This document shows, piece by piece, positions 36,501 to 47,998 of a DNA stretch of 64,000 nucleotides. The notes beneath the pieces are model-generated. The model saw only the letters and a program-made list of their open reading frames with translations. It did no database searches and was not told the origin of the DNA. Positions within the stretch are counted from its first letter, which is position 1; the number at the start of each line of letters is the position of its first letter. Source of the DNA: Lepidodermella squamata (taxonomy: Eukaryota > Animalia > Gastrotricha); the NCBI GenBank assembly GCA_047495785.1, contig JBLDXI010000012.1, forward strand, positions 1,240,001 to 1,304,000. Reading direction: 5' to 3'. A program made the position numbers and the translations under genes.

Positions 36501-39500
36501 TCGAGTCTTCAGGACCTAAGAGACCTAAGGCTGGAGGTTGAAAAATGTTCTTTCAACCAGTCAGTCTTCTGACTCAATCCCAGGTAGTCATTTGTACAAA
36601 ATGATAACAATGATCTAGGATTGGTAAGATGATTTATAGCATCGGCCACAGTCAGGAACTTTCCACTGATTGTGTAGAACAGTAGCCGAGCTATCAAAGA
36701 TTCTTTCGACGTGTTCGGCCAGGCGATATAACGGTCGAGTAACTTTCCTTAAATTTCATATTAATTAGGGCTATATTATATCAAAGAGCATATAAAGTTG
36801 CGCCATTTGCATTCGGTGGCGTTGATGTGCGAGGAGAAAGTCGTCAATGCAGTCGTCAAGTTTTAAAGCAGTTCAAAATTCGAACTTTCCGCTGATCTTT
36901 GCGATTCGAATCTGCGGCTTTGCAGATCCAATCGGCACTAGGTTTAGATTTGGTTGATTGAAGTAAACATTGAGTATGAAGAAAGCAGATTCTATAAATC
37001 ATGAGCACAACGTTACAAACCTATACCCGGATTAGTCTTGCCAGAATCCTGGTATTAGGAACCAGGAGCCCCTCGCGCATCGGTTTATTCGCTATGATAA
37101 TATCGCTTATTTTGAGATAATATTTATTCATTTTATTTTAATACATCTTCAAATTAAAAAATTTGAATTAAAATAAATAAAGTCATTTTTGCTGTCCACC
37201 AAGTCGAAAAAAATGCTGTGAACCGGGAGCCCGCCGATTTCGTTTTTGAAAGTCCTCACATTTCTGAACTTCTCTTGTTGGTCTTCAGCTTGTGGCTCTT
37301 GGCTTTAAAGAGTTTTTAAAGGGATGATGAATTGTTATCTTGGACTTATCAGGCTGCAGGCTGCAGGCTGCAATATGCAATATGCAATATTTCCCATCCG
37401 TCTTACGTTTCCTCTTTCCTCTCCCGAGTCGATACTTGTTTATCTTCCATCTTCCCCCGCGTCTCGTCTCTTTCTTCAGTCATTTGTTTAGGATACGTGT
37501 TATCTAGTATTTTTATTTCATAAGTGGCTGCGACTGAAATCTAATGAAGCTGTGTATACGAGAGAGCCTAACTAGTCGTTGAGTTGGGGTTATCGGTCAT
37601 CTTTCGACTTTTGATCACAGCCCCCTAAGTTTAATTTGGTGTGTTTCCATTTTCCTCGAAAGGTTCAAAGGTGCATATCTATGCTCGCTATGCTCTATGC
37701 CCACCCTTTAGCTTATTCTCAGACATTCTGCGCCCTTTAATGATGAGAGATAGGAGTTACTAGTTACTTTTTCACCCAAAGAAATCTGACAGTAACACTG
37801 TTAACAGAGTATGTGATGAGCACCAATTGTGGTTCAGCGCATGAGAACTGAGTTTTTTTAGAACGATTGGTATAGTGGTTATGTGTGGTGTTTGGTGTCT
37901 TACATTTAAAATCCAAGTGAACCTCCTCCACCCTCCACCACTAGTTTTTCTTGCACATTCTTGTCCTTTGTCGCTGGCAACGACTTTGATTTTTTTATCG
38001 TGAGCTTCTAATAGAAGCGTTTTACATTCTATGTAAGTATCTCGTTAACGTTTCCACAATCCTACGAAGCACTATTATGCCAATGTTTCGCAAATAATGA
38101 AGATTGAGCAGTGAGAGCTCCCCAACACTAAAATTACCCCATGAATCAATTATCTGCGATTAGACTTGCGGTGGACTTTCGATCACTGTCATTAATTTCG
38201 TTTTGTTTCTAGGCCATATTACTTGTTCCGCTACTTCTGGCCTTTTTCACTGCAAATTGAAATGGTGGTTCATAACATCCTGTAGATTTACGTGTGATTC
38301 ATCTCAGATTACTTTAAGAGAGTTGGTATTTTGAAGGCTTGTTAATAATACAGAGCCTTAGTGGAAATTGAACCTCGAATCTCACGCTGTCTCTCTCTCT
38401 TAATTTTTCACTCTGATCTACTGCCAAAGTGAAACGTTACCCAATTAGCAATGAACACAAGTTGACTTTTGGTTGGTTTCAATGCATTCAACTTGAAATG
38501 TATGATGATGGTCCGTTCTTCGACTGATTTTAGTGAAAGTAAGCTATCTGGACTTCCTAAGAATTGGGAGAATGTACTCTTGAGGTTTACCTATGCCTTG
38601 AAGTCTTCGTTCAATGTTCATTCCGAGTACTCGGGTGGGCCTACCATTCGAAAACACCAGTAGCAACGTGATATATTGCCGAAAATCATTATTTATTTTA
38701 GTTGCAATGTGCGCGGCTTTCCTTCTTGTTTGTTTATTTGTTTATTTATTAGCTCGAACTAAGTATTAGGAATACACAGCCCAGCGATATGCAATATTTT
38801 TTAAGGATTCTTGAGTTCACTCATTTAGCGCACCTGCCGCTGAAGTTATTTCCTCCGTAGTATTTTGCACTACAAGCTGCCTGTTATTCGTATGCATTTC
38901 GATCATTTGCGAGAGATGAATGCTGGCCGTCAACTTCTCCTGGGTTAGAATTATCATTCCTGTCCGATGAATCATTGCGCTGTTTATTGATATTTTTGCG
39001 CAATCTTCTGGTGTAGGATTGCCGTTGTTTTTATTTGGCGCATTGACGAGGGTCATTCGCGATCATTTTCTTGGCATTTGTGAGCGTAACTTCCTGTTCA
39101 GTTTGCTTCTCACGTCACTTCAGCGCGTCACTAATAGCCTTCCACAGCAAACATATTTATATCACGCAGTTATTTATCGCCTTTAGCCCTGCTATATATT
39201 TATAAATTGTGAGAGGTGGAATGCACGCACACGCAAACGACTTTAACTGGTCTACTACTCGCAGTTAACCAGTATTGTTGTTGAAAAGAATGACTCTTTA
39301 AAGGGCCGCGCCCTCATTCTGACCTCCTACAGGTGATACACGAGGCTTTGTACGCGGCCGAGTGGCCATGCGCCGACGTCTTTTATATTGACACAGGCGA
39401 CGACGGTACTTGACCGTGGCTTGTATGATTGTCATTGTTATTATTCTTTCATTTACTATATGTACTATTTACGTACAAATTGCAGTTTTCTTGTATCAAT

Positions 39501-40030
39501 GAATAGATGTTTTACGAGTGCAACTTTTTTCACGGTTTTGACGACGCCCTTTGAACGAGACAATCTGCTGATTTTATTGAGTGGCGAAGTTCAACTGACA
39601 TGGCCGACTACTACAGTGGTATGTGTGTCTCGATCCTCGTTAGAGCCGCCGAGGCGTCGCCTCTATCGATGTTTAATAATTATTCGATATGTTCGGGTCA
39701 CGAATTTTATTAAATCGGCTACTGCCCTCTAGCTGTAATAACAAGACTGCGGGCGGTCGTTCGCTCTGTTTATGCGAGTAAATTGATGCCAGGCCGAGTG
39801 TTACTAGTGGCTACTTTATAAACAGATGCATAGCGCCGCACCCTAATTCGCGATTTAATACATGGGGGTGTTAGGACCAGCCCATCTGCCGAAGATAATG
39901 TTGTCAAAACAAACGCGGCCAGGATAAGATTGATTGCTGCGAGTCGATATTAGTATATTTACAGTTATATACTTGCCATGTACTAATTTATTTTTTGTTG
40001 TTTATGGCTGCGATTGCAGAGCATGTGGTT

Positions 40031-43000
40031 ATGACGCCCTCGCGCATTACGACCCCACGCGGGCCGTGCACGATCATTCAGGTGGAGCGCGTGCCGGCGT
40101 CGATGCTGGACACCTCGCGCGCCGCCGCCTCCTACGCCGGCCTTGTCGTTAACGAATCGGGCCAGCAGCCGTCGGCCACCGCCGGCCGCCTCGCCGACCT
40201 GCAGCTCGAGTTCAAGTGCTGGCTCGTCGATAAAGTCACATCCGCCAGCCACACGGTTCGTTGATTTCACTATATGCTTGCTGCTCGATGAGCGAAAACT
40301 TGTTTACCCTACGAAATAAACAGGAAATTCGGCGGTTGAAGTACTACTTGGTACCGGAGACGCCTCAGAAGGAGAAGGTTGCCTTCGAATTTTTCCGCGA
40401 TCTCATCAAACCGGAGGAATTCCCTCGAGACTACGTCGGTTTCGTTAAAAAAGTCATGAAATTAGTCCAACATGCCAAATATCGGCCTCTCCTGCGAGTC
40501 GACTGTGAAATGGAACCGGCAGGTGCTGAAGATCAAGAATTACCAGCTGGGCATGGTAAGCTAAAAAAATATGAAACATTACAAATTCAGAAAAAATATC
40601 AAAAATGAAGTGAACAAGCCAATATTTGCCCAAAAATGAAGATATTGTGTAGGATAATTTTACTAATTAATTGGCTGATAAATTAGTAAAAATAATTAAT
40701 CTATTATGAGAATCTGGAAATTCTTATTATTTTCTATAAGTAGATGTTGATTGAAAAAATTGAAAGTTAACTAAGAAAATAGTTCTACATTTTTTTTTAT
40801 AAATCGAAGAGTCTCTTATATAGAATTGAAAAAATTCACGCAAGCCACCTATGTAATGTTTTTTGAATAATGAAGAAAGGGATTTTTCGAAGTAATGCTA
40901 CGAAATTATTGCGTTATTGGCGATTTTTCTTCAAGCCGCCAAAAATTTCCGAGATCATTGAAATTTAGATGTGCTAAGAGTATGATACAATTTATATTGG
41001 ATTCCACTGTAAAAAACACTAAAAAATGTTCTAGTTGATTGATGTATGTGGTAGCCCTGAAGGCATCTTGCGGAGTACGTCTAGCCAATAATTTTTCGTT
41101 TTATGATGACAAAAGACGAGGCAACGAATTATAAATGGTTTAAAAAGCGTAAGTCCCTCACCTGATTAGCGCGGTGATCTGGCTTGTATTATCAGTTTTA
41201 TTTCCCTTATATTTTGAGCCATATTCATTACCTAGCGTAATTTTTCAAGTCCGCTATTTCAGATGCAAATTTGCTTCTTCTTTCGTTCCATTTATTATAA
41301 TTACAATATAATTACTCTGATAATTTGTTGTTCTATTAACACTGTTCTGTAACGCGTGAAGCGTTGTCGAAAAGCTCGAGCCTTCATCAAATCCAAGACT
41401 TCTGCGATGGTGATCTCGTGATTGAAGACGGCCGGTCTGAGGCGTCGCTTCCGACCGGTCTCGAAGTTGACGTCGATGAAGGTGATGATGATGATTGGTC
41501 TTGATGATGCCATTGCTGCCGTGTTGTTGTTCCATTTCTGAGTTTACTTCCTTGAATTAGCTCCTATCACCACCCTATAAAAAGCATGCTATAAACAGCC
41601 CATTTATTTTCAGTGGTGGGAAATGTCATGTCGTGGCGTTCACTTATGTATTTTTGATTGAAAAAATTGTTGAAGAACAGCTTTACGTGACGTGTTTTGG
41701 TTTCTGCTAATTTCCGAATCCAATTTTTACGAGGGAAAGGCGAAACCTTGCTAGTAGAAATACCTGTTTTTAGACTAGATTTAGAAATTTAATTGTGATT
41801 TTTTCTTTAAATTTACTTCACCCTGCATCTTGAGTCTTGTTACCGGTTTTTTTAAGCAAAAATGACCTTTCTATAGTTTGACGCATTTTAATTCGATTTT
41901 TCGATAATTTTTGTTTAATTTTATTTTACAGCTCGTCGGCCCGTTGAAGATTCTCGAACAACAGAAGAGCGGCTGCGAGACAATCTACTTCTAACCCTCG
42001 AATACGCCTATCCAAACGTACTATCAGTCGACGATTTTGTCAGGTGAGTCATTTTTAAAAAGTCGAAAGAAATTTTAAGGAGGATTTTTTTTTAGAATTT
42101 TGAAATGCGAACCTGGTCAAATTGTCGCGCAACTTCAGAGTCTAGCCTCGAAAAATCTTGTCAAGGACATGGAAAGCGGCCGGCTGTGGGTGCGAAATGC
42201 CGTCGATACATCGGCGAATGTTCAAATCGTGAAACAAATGCCGGTTTTCCACCGCGCCCAACAGCCGACTATTGCGATAATTACCGCGCTTTACTGCGAA
42301 AAACTCGCCGTTGACGCGATGATGGAGGAAAAAACGACTTTTGTGCGGTACAAATTGGAGGGAGAATCGCACGTTTACACGCTGGGTTACATTGGCGATT
42401 TTCGGGTTGTTTCCACGAAATTACCCGCGATTGGCCGGCATCAAGCCGCGCAAATCGCCTCGGGTAACACGACCACCCGCTTACTCGGCACTTTCAGCGA
42501 AATCGAGCACGTTCTGCTCGTCGGCGTTGGCGGCGGGGTGCCTCATTTTATGGATTTTCACAAGCACGTCCGCCTCGGCGATTGCGTTGTTTCAGTGCCG
42601 AATAGCCGGCGGTATATGTACTACTTCTGTGATAAGGTGTTGAAGGACGAACGGACCCAGGAATTGACGTATACCGTCAAAGGCTGGGGCGCGTCGAGTC
42701 TGGAATTGCAGGACGCGATTCGTTTAATCCAGGAAAGGACGTCTTCCGAGCCGAATTACGCGCCCTGGGAGCAGTTTGTCGAGGAGGGTCAATTAGCGTT
42801 GAATGACCAGGATTTGGATTTCAAACGACCGCCACCAGGGTCGGATCGTTTGTATATGAATATCGGCGAGGATGACGTTATTGAGGTGCAACACCCGCCT
42901 GTCCCCGAGGGCGCTATGGCCTACTACCGGCCGGGTATGCCCACGCTGCGCTACGGCCAAATCGGCTGCGGCAAACCGCTGGTGAAAAACGAAGTTTTGC

Positions 43001-43245
43001 GTCAAGATTTTGCGGCGCGGCAAAATTTGATTTGTTTCGATACGGAATTCGACCAAGTTATGGAGTCGATTTGCGGCAACCGGAAAGATTCATTCCTATT
43101 TGTTCGAGGCGTTTCCGACTATTTGGACGGGTCGCGGGGTAAGGATTGGCAACCGTACGCGGCGCTGGTAGCGGCGGCTGTTGCGAAATCAATCATTCTA
43201 TCGCTTCCAAATAACGCGCGTGGTTCAGGCTACTACCCGAACTAA
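40031..43245 (+). CDS. Conserved invertebrate protein with a winged-helix-like segment and a nucleoside phosphorylase (PNP/UDP)-fold domain, ~572 aa; exons 40031-40255, 40324-40555, 41932-42043, 42096-43245
   Basis: EIRRLKYY..FPRDYVGFVKKVMK; LLTLEYAYPN; PTIAIITALYCEKLAVDAMM, YTLGYIG, VLLVGVGGGVP..VRLGDCVVS, FVRGVSDY..WQPYAALVAAA. The start could be 40004 instead of 40031. Confidence 0.85.
41301..41513 (-). CDS. Possible nested antisense small ORF (70 aa) in intron 2 of the phosphorylase-fold gene
   Basis: ATG-initiated ORF, GC-richer than the flanking intron. An acceptor-like TTTTTATAG lies upstream, and AATAAA (41291-41296, minus) follows the stop. No homology recognised. Confidence 0.35.
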   Translation of the reverse strand: MASSRPIIIITFIDVNFETGRKRRLRPAVFNHEITIAEVLDLMKARAFRQRFTRYRTVLIEQQIIRVIIL

Positions 43246-44270
43246 TCAACTGGTTGAGAAGGAGGAGGGGTGAAAAAATAATTATAAACACTGCCATCAT
43301 TTTGTAGTACTTCTAACCCTGGTTATCATTATAAAAACGACTTGCGCGTATCCACGATTTTTTAACATCAAGAAAAACGGTGATTTTTTTGTTTTTGGTT
43401 TACTTTTCTCGTTCAGTTTCAGCTGTTTTTACTTGCTGTGTATATGGGAAATATAGTCATATCTTGTTCTGTAAATAAATAAATGCATCCGACAATGCCT
43501 GATATGATTCGATTCGGCATCATCCAGCCAAGGCTGCTACTACTTCTACCTAGAATTTTTCTATGATCGCAAAAAAGCTGAGGACTATTTCAATCAGATA
43601 ACAAAACTGCATGATGAATGTTCTTGTTTTTTTCAGTGCAAAAATCGAAGCGATAACCGCGTTATTACACATCAGTCTGTTCGCTTTTATCAAATATCAC
43701 ACAAAAATTGCGTCTTTTTCGTTCGTTTATTATTATTATTAATATTAGTCGCTGCATACTGAGTATAAATTGTTGTCGTTATTTCTGATGCGATTATATC
43801 GGCTATATATTATAACAATACTTTGAATATTCATACGAAAAATATATTAAAGTGAGATGAGAAAATGAGAATTTTTCTGAATTTTTGAAGCTGAAAAATA
43901 TACAATAAAATTTGTTGCCGACATTGATGCTACGATATTACCGTGTTTTTCCACTACCGCCGGTGCGAGTTGTTTTTCTGGCCATCATTATTATTAAGGC
44001 GGAACATTTCGGTACAGTTTTTATCGCACTCGAGTGCTATTAAAAATTAGCATAGCGCGGTGTGGCGGCGATGATTGATCGCCGGTGCGAAACCTGGCTA
44101 CAAAATAATGCAATTCCTAATACGGCACGCGTTATATTCTGAGCAAACAGCAATCGTGTCACATCTGATGCGCTGTTGTTCGCACATCTCAGCACAAAAC
44201 TCGATGATGAAAAATAATAATATCAGAAACTAATTTGCTTACAAACAGGTGAAGCACGGCACAAATAACA

Positions 44271-44848
44271 ATGATTAGGCATATTATCGCTTTGTTTTTG
44301 ATGCTGTCAACAACTTCATTACTGGCCACAGCCGAGATGGATAATTCAACAACAACAACACCAATCGATCAAGCACTAATTGACCCTAATTTATCGATTC
44401 ACGGCGGTCCGCTTCAACAACATTTCGGCCTACTAACCCTCCTTAATTACTGGAAGGAAATTCTAGCATTTTTAAAAGGGCAAGCTCTGGCGTTGGAAAC
44501 AAATGAATTGAAAAATTGCTCAAATGCGGATTTTTTCTGCAAAGCTGGCGTTGTCCCGACAGAGGAGAAAACAACTGATGAGTCATTCCTGGCCTGGAGC
44601 AAATCGAATTGCCTGAGGTACCATTGCAGTGAGTCTCGTGGGGGAATCTCGAAAATTAATGTTTTTCTATATTATTTATTTCTGAAGGTAAAAATCCGTG
44701 CATGTTCGCAAGTTGCCAACTGTTTCCGCGTGCCAAGTGCAGGCCTTATTATTGCAACGGCGAGTGCCGAGCTGATTTTTACTTACTGGACACGCAAGTC
44801 GAATGCTCAGCCGCGCCGAAAGTGCCTTTCGTTAAAAAACGCCCGTGA
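44271..44848 (+). CDS. Secreted cysteine-rich protein, ~172 aa; exons 44271-44628, 44688-44848
   Basis: Signal peptide. Splicing of a phase-1 intron (44629-44687) gives C.KNPCMFASCQLFPRAKCRPYYCNGECRADFY..VEC. AATAAA ~30 nt after the TGA. Confidence 0.7.
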
Positions 44849-45496
44849 TTTTTTCATTGAAAATGATTTTTTACTAATAAAAATCGCGGTAAACGCAAGT
44901 GGCCGGTGATGCATTGTTTTTTGCGTGCAGGAAGGGCGGTTGCACCGCTGATGATGGTCATCGCCGGTTTGACTCGGGTTGCTAACCAAGCCGGTGTCTT
45001 GGCAACGCGTCGCCCCTAGCAACGCGTCACCGATATATCATATCGATACAGTAAAGACGGCGCTCGGGGAGCAGGCGGCGCTGCCTTTGTTGACCGCTGT
45101 TGTCAACGGCCACGTTTCCGTTATTAAGGATGCCGAATAAAACTGTTTCCGCGCAACGGCGCGGTCATCACATCGCGCGCACCTTGATTGGGCATCTGCG
45201 CGCTCGCAACGCGTCCCCATGTGCGATATAAATTTATACCTATGAGCGAACAACAGCGTCGCCCAAGTTCTCTACCTTCTTGCTATACCTAATAAAAGTT
45301 TTCCTCAAAATAAAAACGTGCAGCACAAATATTATTACGAGGCCAAACAAAGGCTCACTGCTTGCGCGGCTTTAAATTTTATGCAAACAATTTCTTTCAA
45401 TTTTCTCAACCAATTTTCTCGACGCATCAAAAATATTGCGAAAATTTTTAGAAATTTTTACAACAATAAGGCAACGAAACTATCAGTTACAACCAG

Positions 45497-45839
45497 ATGT
45501 CAGGTATATTTTTGAATTTTTAAGTGAATTTCATAGAATTTTCTCGATTTTTTTCTAGACACTGTAGATGTGAGTATCGTTGAAGCAGCGGTTTACGGCG
45601 GTATAGCTGCAGCTGGTTTTATTTTGCTCGGGGTTGCAATTGGCTTGTGCTGTAGCTGTATCTGCTGCCGAAACCGCCACAGCCAGGCGCAGCAACTACG
45701 GCAACGCCGGTCCATCGTGCACCCGTCAACCTTCGAAGGCCCATCGACCAGCTCGAAGCACCCCCAGCAACGGGTCGGCAGTGCTGGCTCGCGGGAGATC
45801 ATACTTTCTGGCGATAACCGTGAAATAATGCATGACTGA
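45497..45839 (+). CDS. Single-pass membrane microprotein with a juxtamembrane Cys cluster, ~95 aa; exons 45497-45503, 45559-45839
   Basis: ATGTCAG|gtatat...ttttctag|AC gives MSDTVDVSIVEAAVYGGIAAAGFILLGVAIGLCCSCICCRNR. Confidence 0.65.
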
Positions 45840-46571
45840 TGACTGCCTTGGAATTGTGTATACTAGCAATCGTTTTTATTTGGAGAATTAGTCAACAAAA
45901 TACATGATTTTTATGATAATTTTTAGAAAAAAACGGCTATTTATCAAAATTTGAAAAAATGCTACAAGATCTTGCAAAATCACAAAAAACCCTCTCATCA
46001 AAAAACATGAATAAAATCTTATCTTATTCTCGGTTCCTTAATTAATGTAAATATATAAAATATAAAAATCGGAATATTGTGATAAAAGTGATGAGCATAT
46101 TTCCTTTTACATACCTGTAAACATTATTTATTATAAAAAAATGCTATAATTTTTAGCGATTGTTTTATTGTTGAAGTGATGCGTTTGAATTTGCATGAAT
46201 TGTGATGCGAGTTGCAACTGTATACCGGAAAAATCCGACTGAGAGAGATGATCGATAGCATTTGTGAGGAAAATAAAGCCGAATCTTTGAATACACAGAT
46301 ATATTAACCTATAGCGAAATGCCGGTTACTGATTCATAGTTTCCAATCATGCAGTGTCAACTTTATGTACAAATTTTTCAATCAAATTTAGTGCAATCTT
46401 TAACCTTTCATACATATTTTATATATTTATTTTGAGCTGGAAACGTTATGGAAATGCCAGAGGACAAGTTTTCGGTTTATGAAAACGGGGTTCCGGAAGC
46501 GCACTCAAATTTTTCCGCTTGAAATGGTTCTTGGTAAAGTTCAAGGGCCCTAAAATCGAACTTTGTAAAAA

Positions 46572-46662
46572 CTAAAAAACCCTATCCTTAACCCTGAACC
46601 CTATAACCAAACCCCAACCCTAAAACCTAAAACCCTAACTCCTAATCCCAATTCCTAATCCT
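46572..46662 (+). repeat. Degenerate interstitial telomere-like (CCCTAA)n tract
   Basis: AACCCTATCCTTAACCCTGAACCCTATAACCAAACCCCAACCCTAAAACCTAAAACCCTAACTCCTAATCCCAATTCCTAATCC. Confidence 0.7.
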
Positions 46663-47416
46663 CATTTTGTGAAAGGTTAACATTGGTTAGCCGAATAAAT
46701 TTAACTAACCAATTTTTTCCAGTGCATTCAATCGCCATTCCGTATTTGTTATTAATTTTATACTTGAATAGCCCTGGTTCTTTTCGGCCTAATTTGACAG
46801 TTATTGATGGCGGTCATCATACAATTTTTTCAGCTATTTAATCACCATTTCTATTGGCTGTCTAGCTGTCAACTGCGTCAAAATGAATCCTGTTATTCGC
46901 AAGGCGAAAAGCTTAGTTAAACCGGTCATGTCGGTGCAATTCACCCTAATATTTTGACCGTAAGCTGTGGACACTTTTTCAAAAGGCAAAGCGAGTATCC
47001 CACGTGATACTAACATCAGCACGAGGAAGCCAGAGCTATCGCTTATGCTGACGTAAAAGTCAAAATCGAGCCAGGGATCGCTTTAAGCCGATCATCCTCG
47101 ACAGTCCGGCGGAAGTCAAATATGTCCTTTTCCGGGTTAATCAACAAAACGCAACTGCTTAGAAACTCCCCTCGATTTATTTCTTCGAAATAACGTATGA
47201 ATGTGAATAAAAACTTCCATATTAGAAAAATGACAAGTTGTTGGATTACATAGTCGACAAAACAAGCGCAACCAGCGGCTCTCCAAGAGCGATGTTAAAA
47301 ATCAGCGTAAAAATTGGGGAAATTTACCGACCATCAAACAGTAAAAAATTGATAGGTACAACACGACGTAGTGATTTTAATATTTTTGTTTAACAACAAT
47401 TACAATAAAAATAACA

Positions 47417-47998
47417 TCAGCGTCCTAAAACTTCAGCCCATAACAATCGTTGTTTTGATTGTTTCGACTTTTCTTTCGGAGGCGCTGGTGTCGTAGTTGA
47501 TGTTAACAAAACTTGGGGCTGCGATTGAACCCGTGCGATCGGCTTGTTATGCAGCATATTTTGCAATTTTTCCGTCATAGTTTTCGCCGTTGTCGTCGGA
47601 CGTAGCTTGCCAGATTTCGATTTTTTGCTCGATTTTTTGCTAGGTTTAGTTTCGTTCGATTTACCACCGGCTGATGTCGCGATGCCGGCTCGAAGCCTGA
47701 GCGGGTTGGATGACAGTGATTGAGCAAATTTCTTGTTCTTCCGGCCAAGTGCCGCTAGTTCCATGTAGGCGTCTTCTATGAAGTCGTCATTGAATAAGCT
47801 ATTACGTCTGCCTGGCGATAGTTCTACGCTGAAATCATCGTCCCGCCTCCTCGCCAATTTTCTATGCAGCTGATGGGAACTATCGGATGAAATTTCGTGG
47901 AGATAGGAAGGAAAGGCATGGCGATAATTTTCGTTAGCTGAAGCTTCCAGAGCTACAATTAAGGTAGCGAAAACGAAAGCCACGTCGACCAATCGCAT
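47417..47998 (-). CDS. Secreted prohormone-like precursor, 193 aa (alternative start 48037)
   Basis: Signal peptide MRLVDVAFVFATLIVALEASA; processing and amidation signals RRR, G-RR, G-RK and a C-terminal L-G-R-stop. Confidence 0.65.
   Translation of the reverse strand: MRLVDVAFVFATLIVALEASANENYRHAFPSYLHEISSDSSHQLHRKLARRRDDDFSVELSPGRRNSLFNDDFIEDAYMELAALGRKNKKFAQSLSSNPLRLRAGIATSAGGKSNETKPSKKSSKKSKSGKLRPTTTAKTMTEKLQNMLHNKPIARVQSQPQVLLTSTTTPAPPKEKSKQSKQRLLWAEVLGR

Noticed and set aside
37300-39140. Possible highly decayed LINE ORF1/endonuclease on the minus strand and 7-mer microrepeats at ~37351-37390
   Set aside because: Only faint motif hints among many stops. It cannot be supported without a profile search.
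44629-44909. Unspliced 212-aa ORF, or fusion with the TM exon at 45559
   Set aside because: A canonical intron shifts the frame into a Cys module that ends at TGA 44848 with AATAAA. The only donor-like site near its end (44822) is phase 0, while the TM exon needs phase 1.
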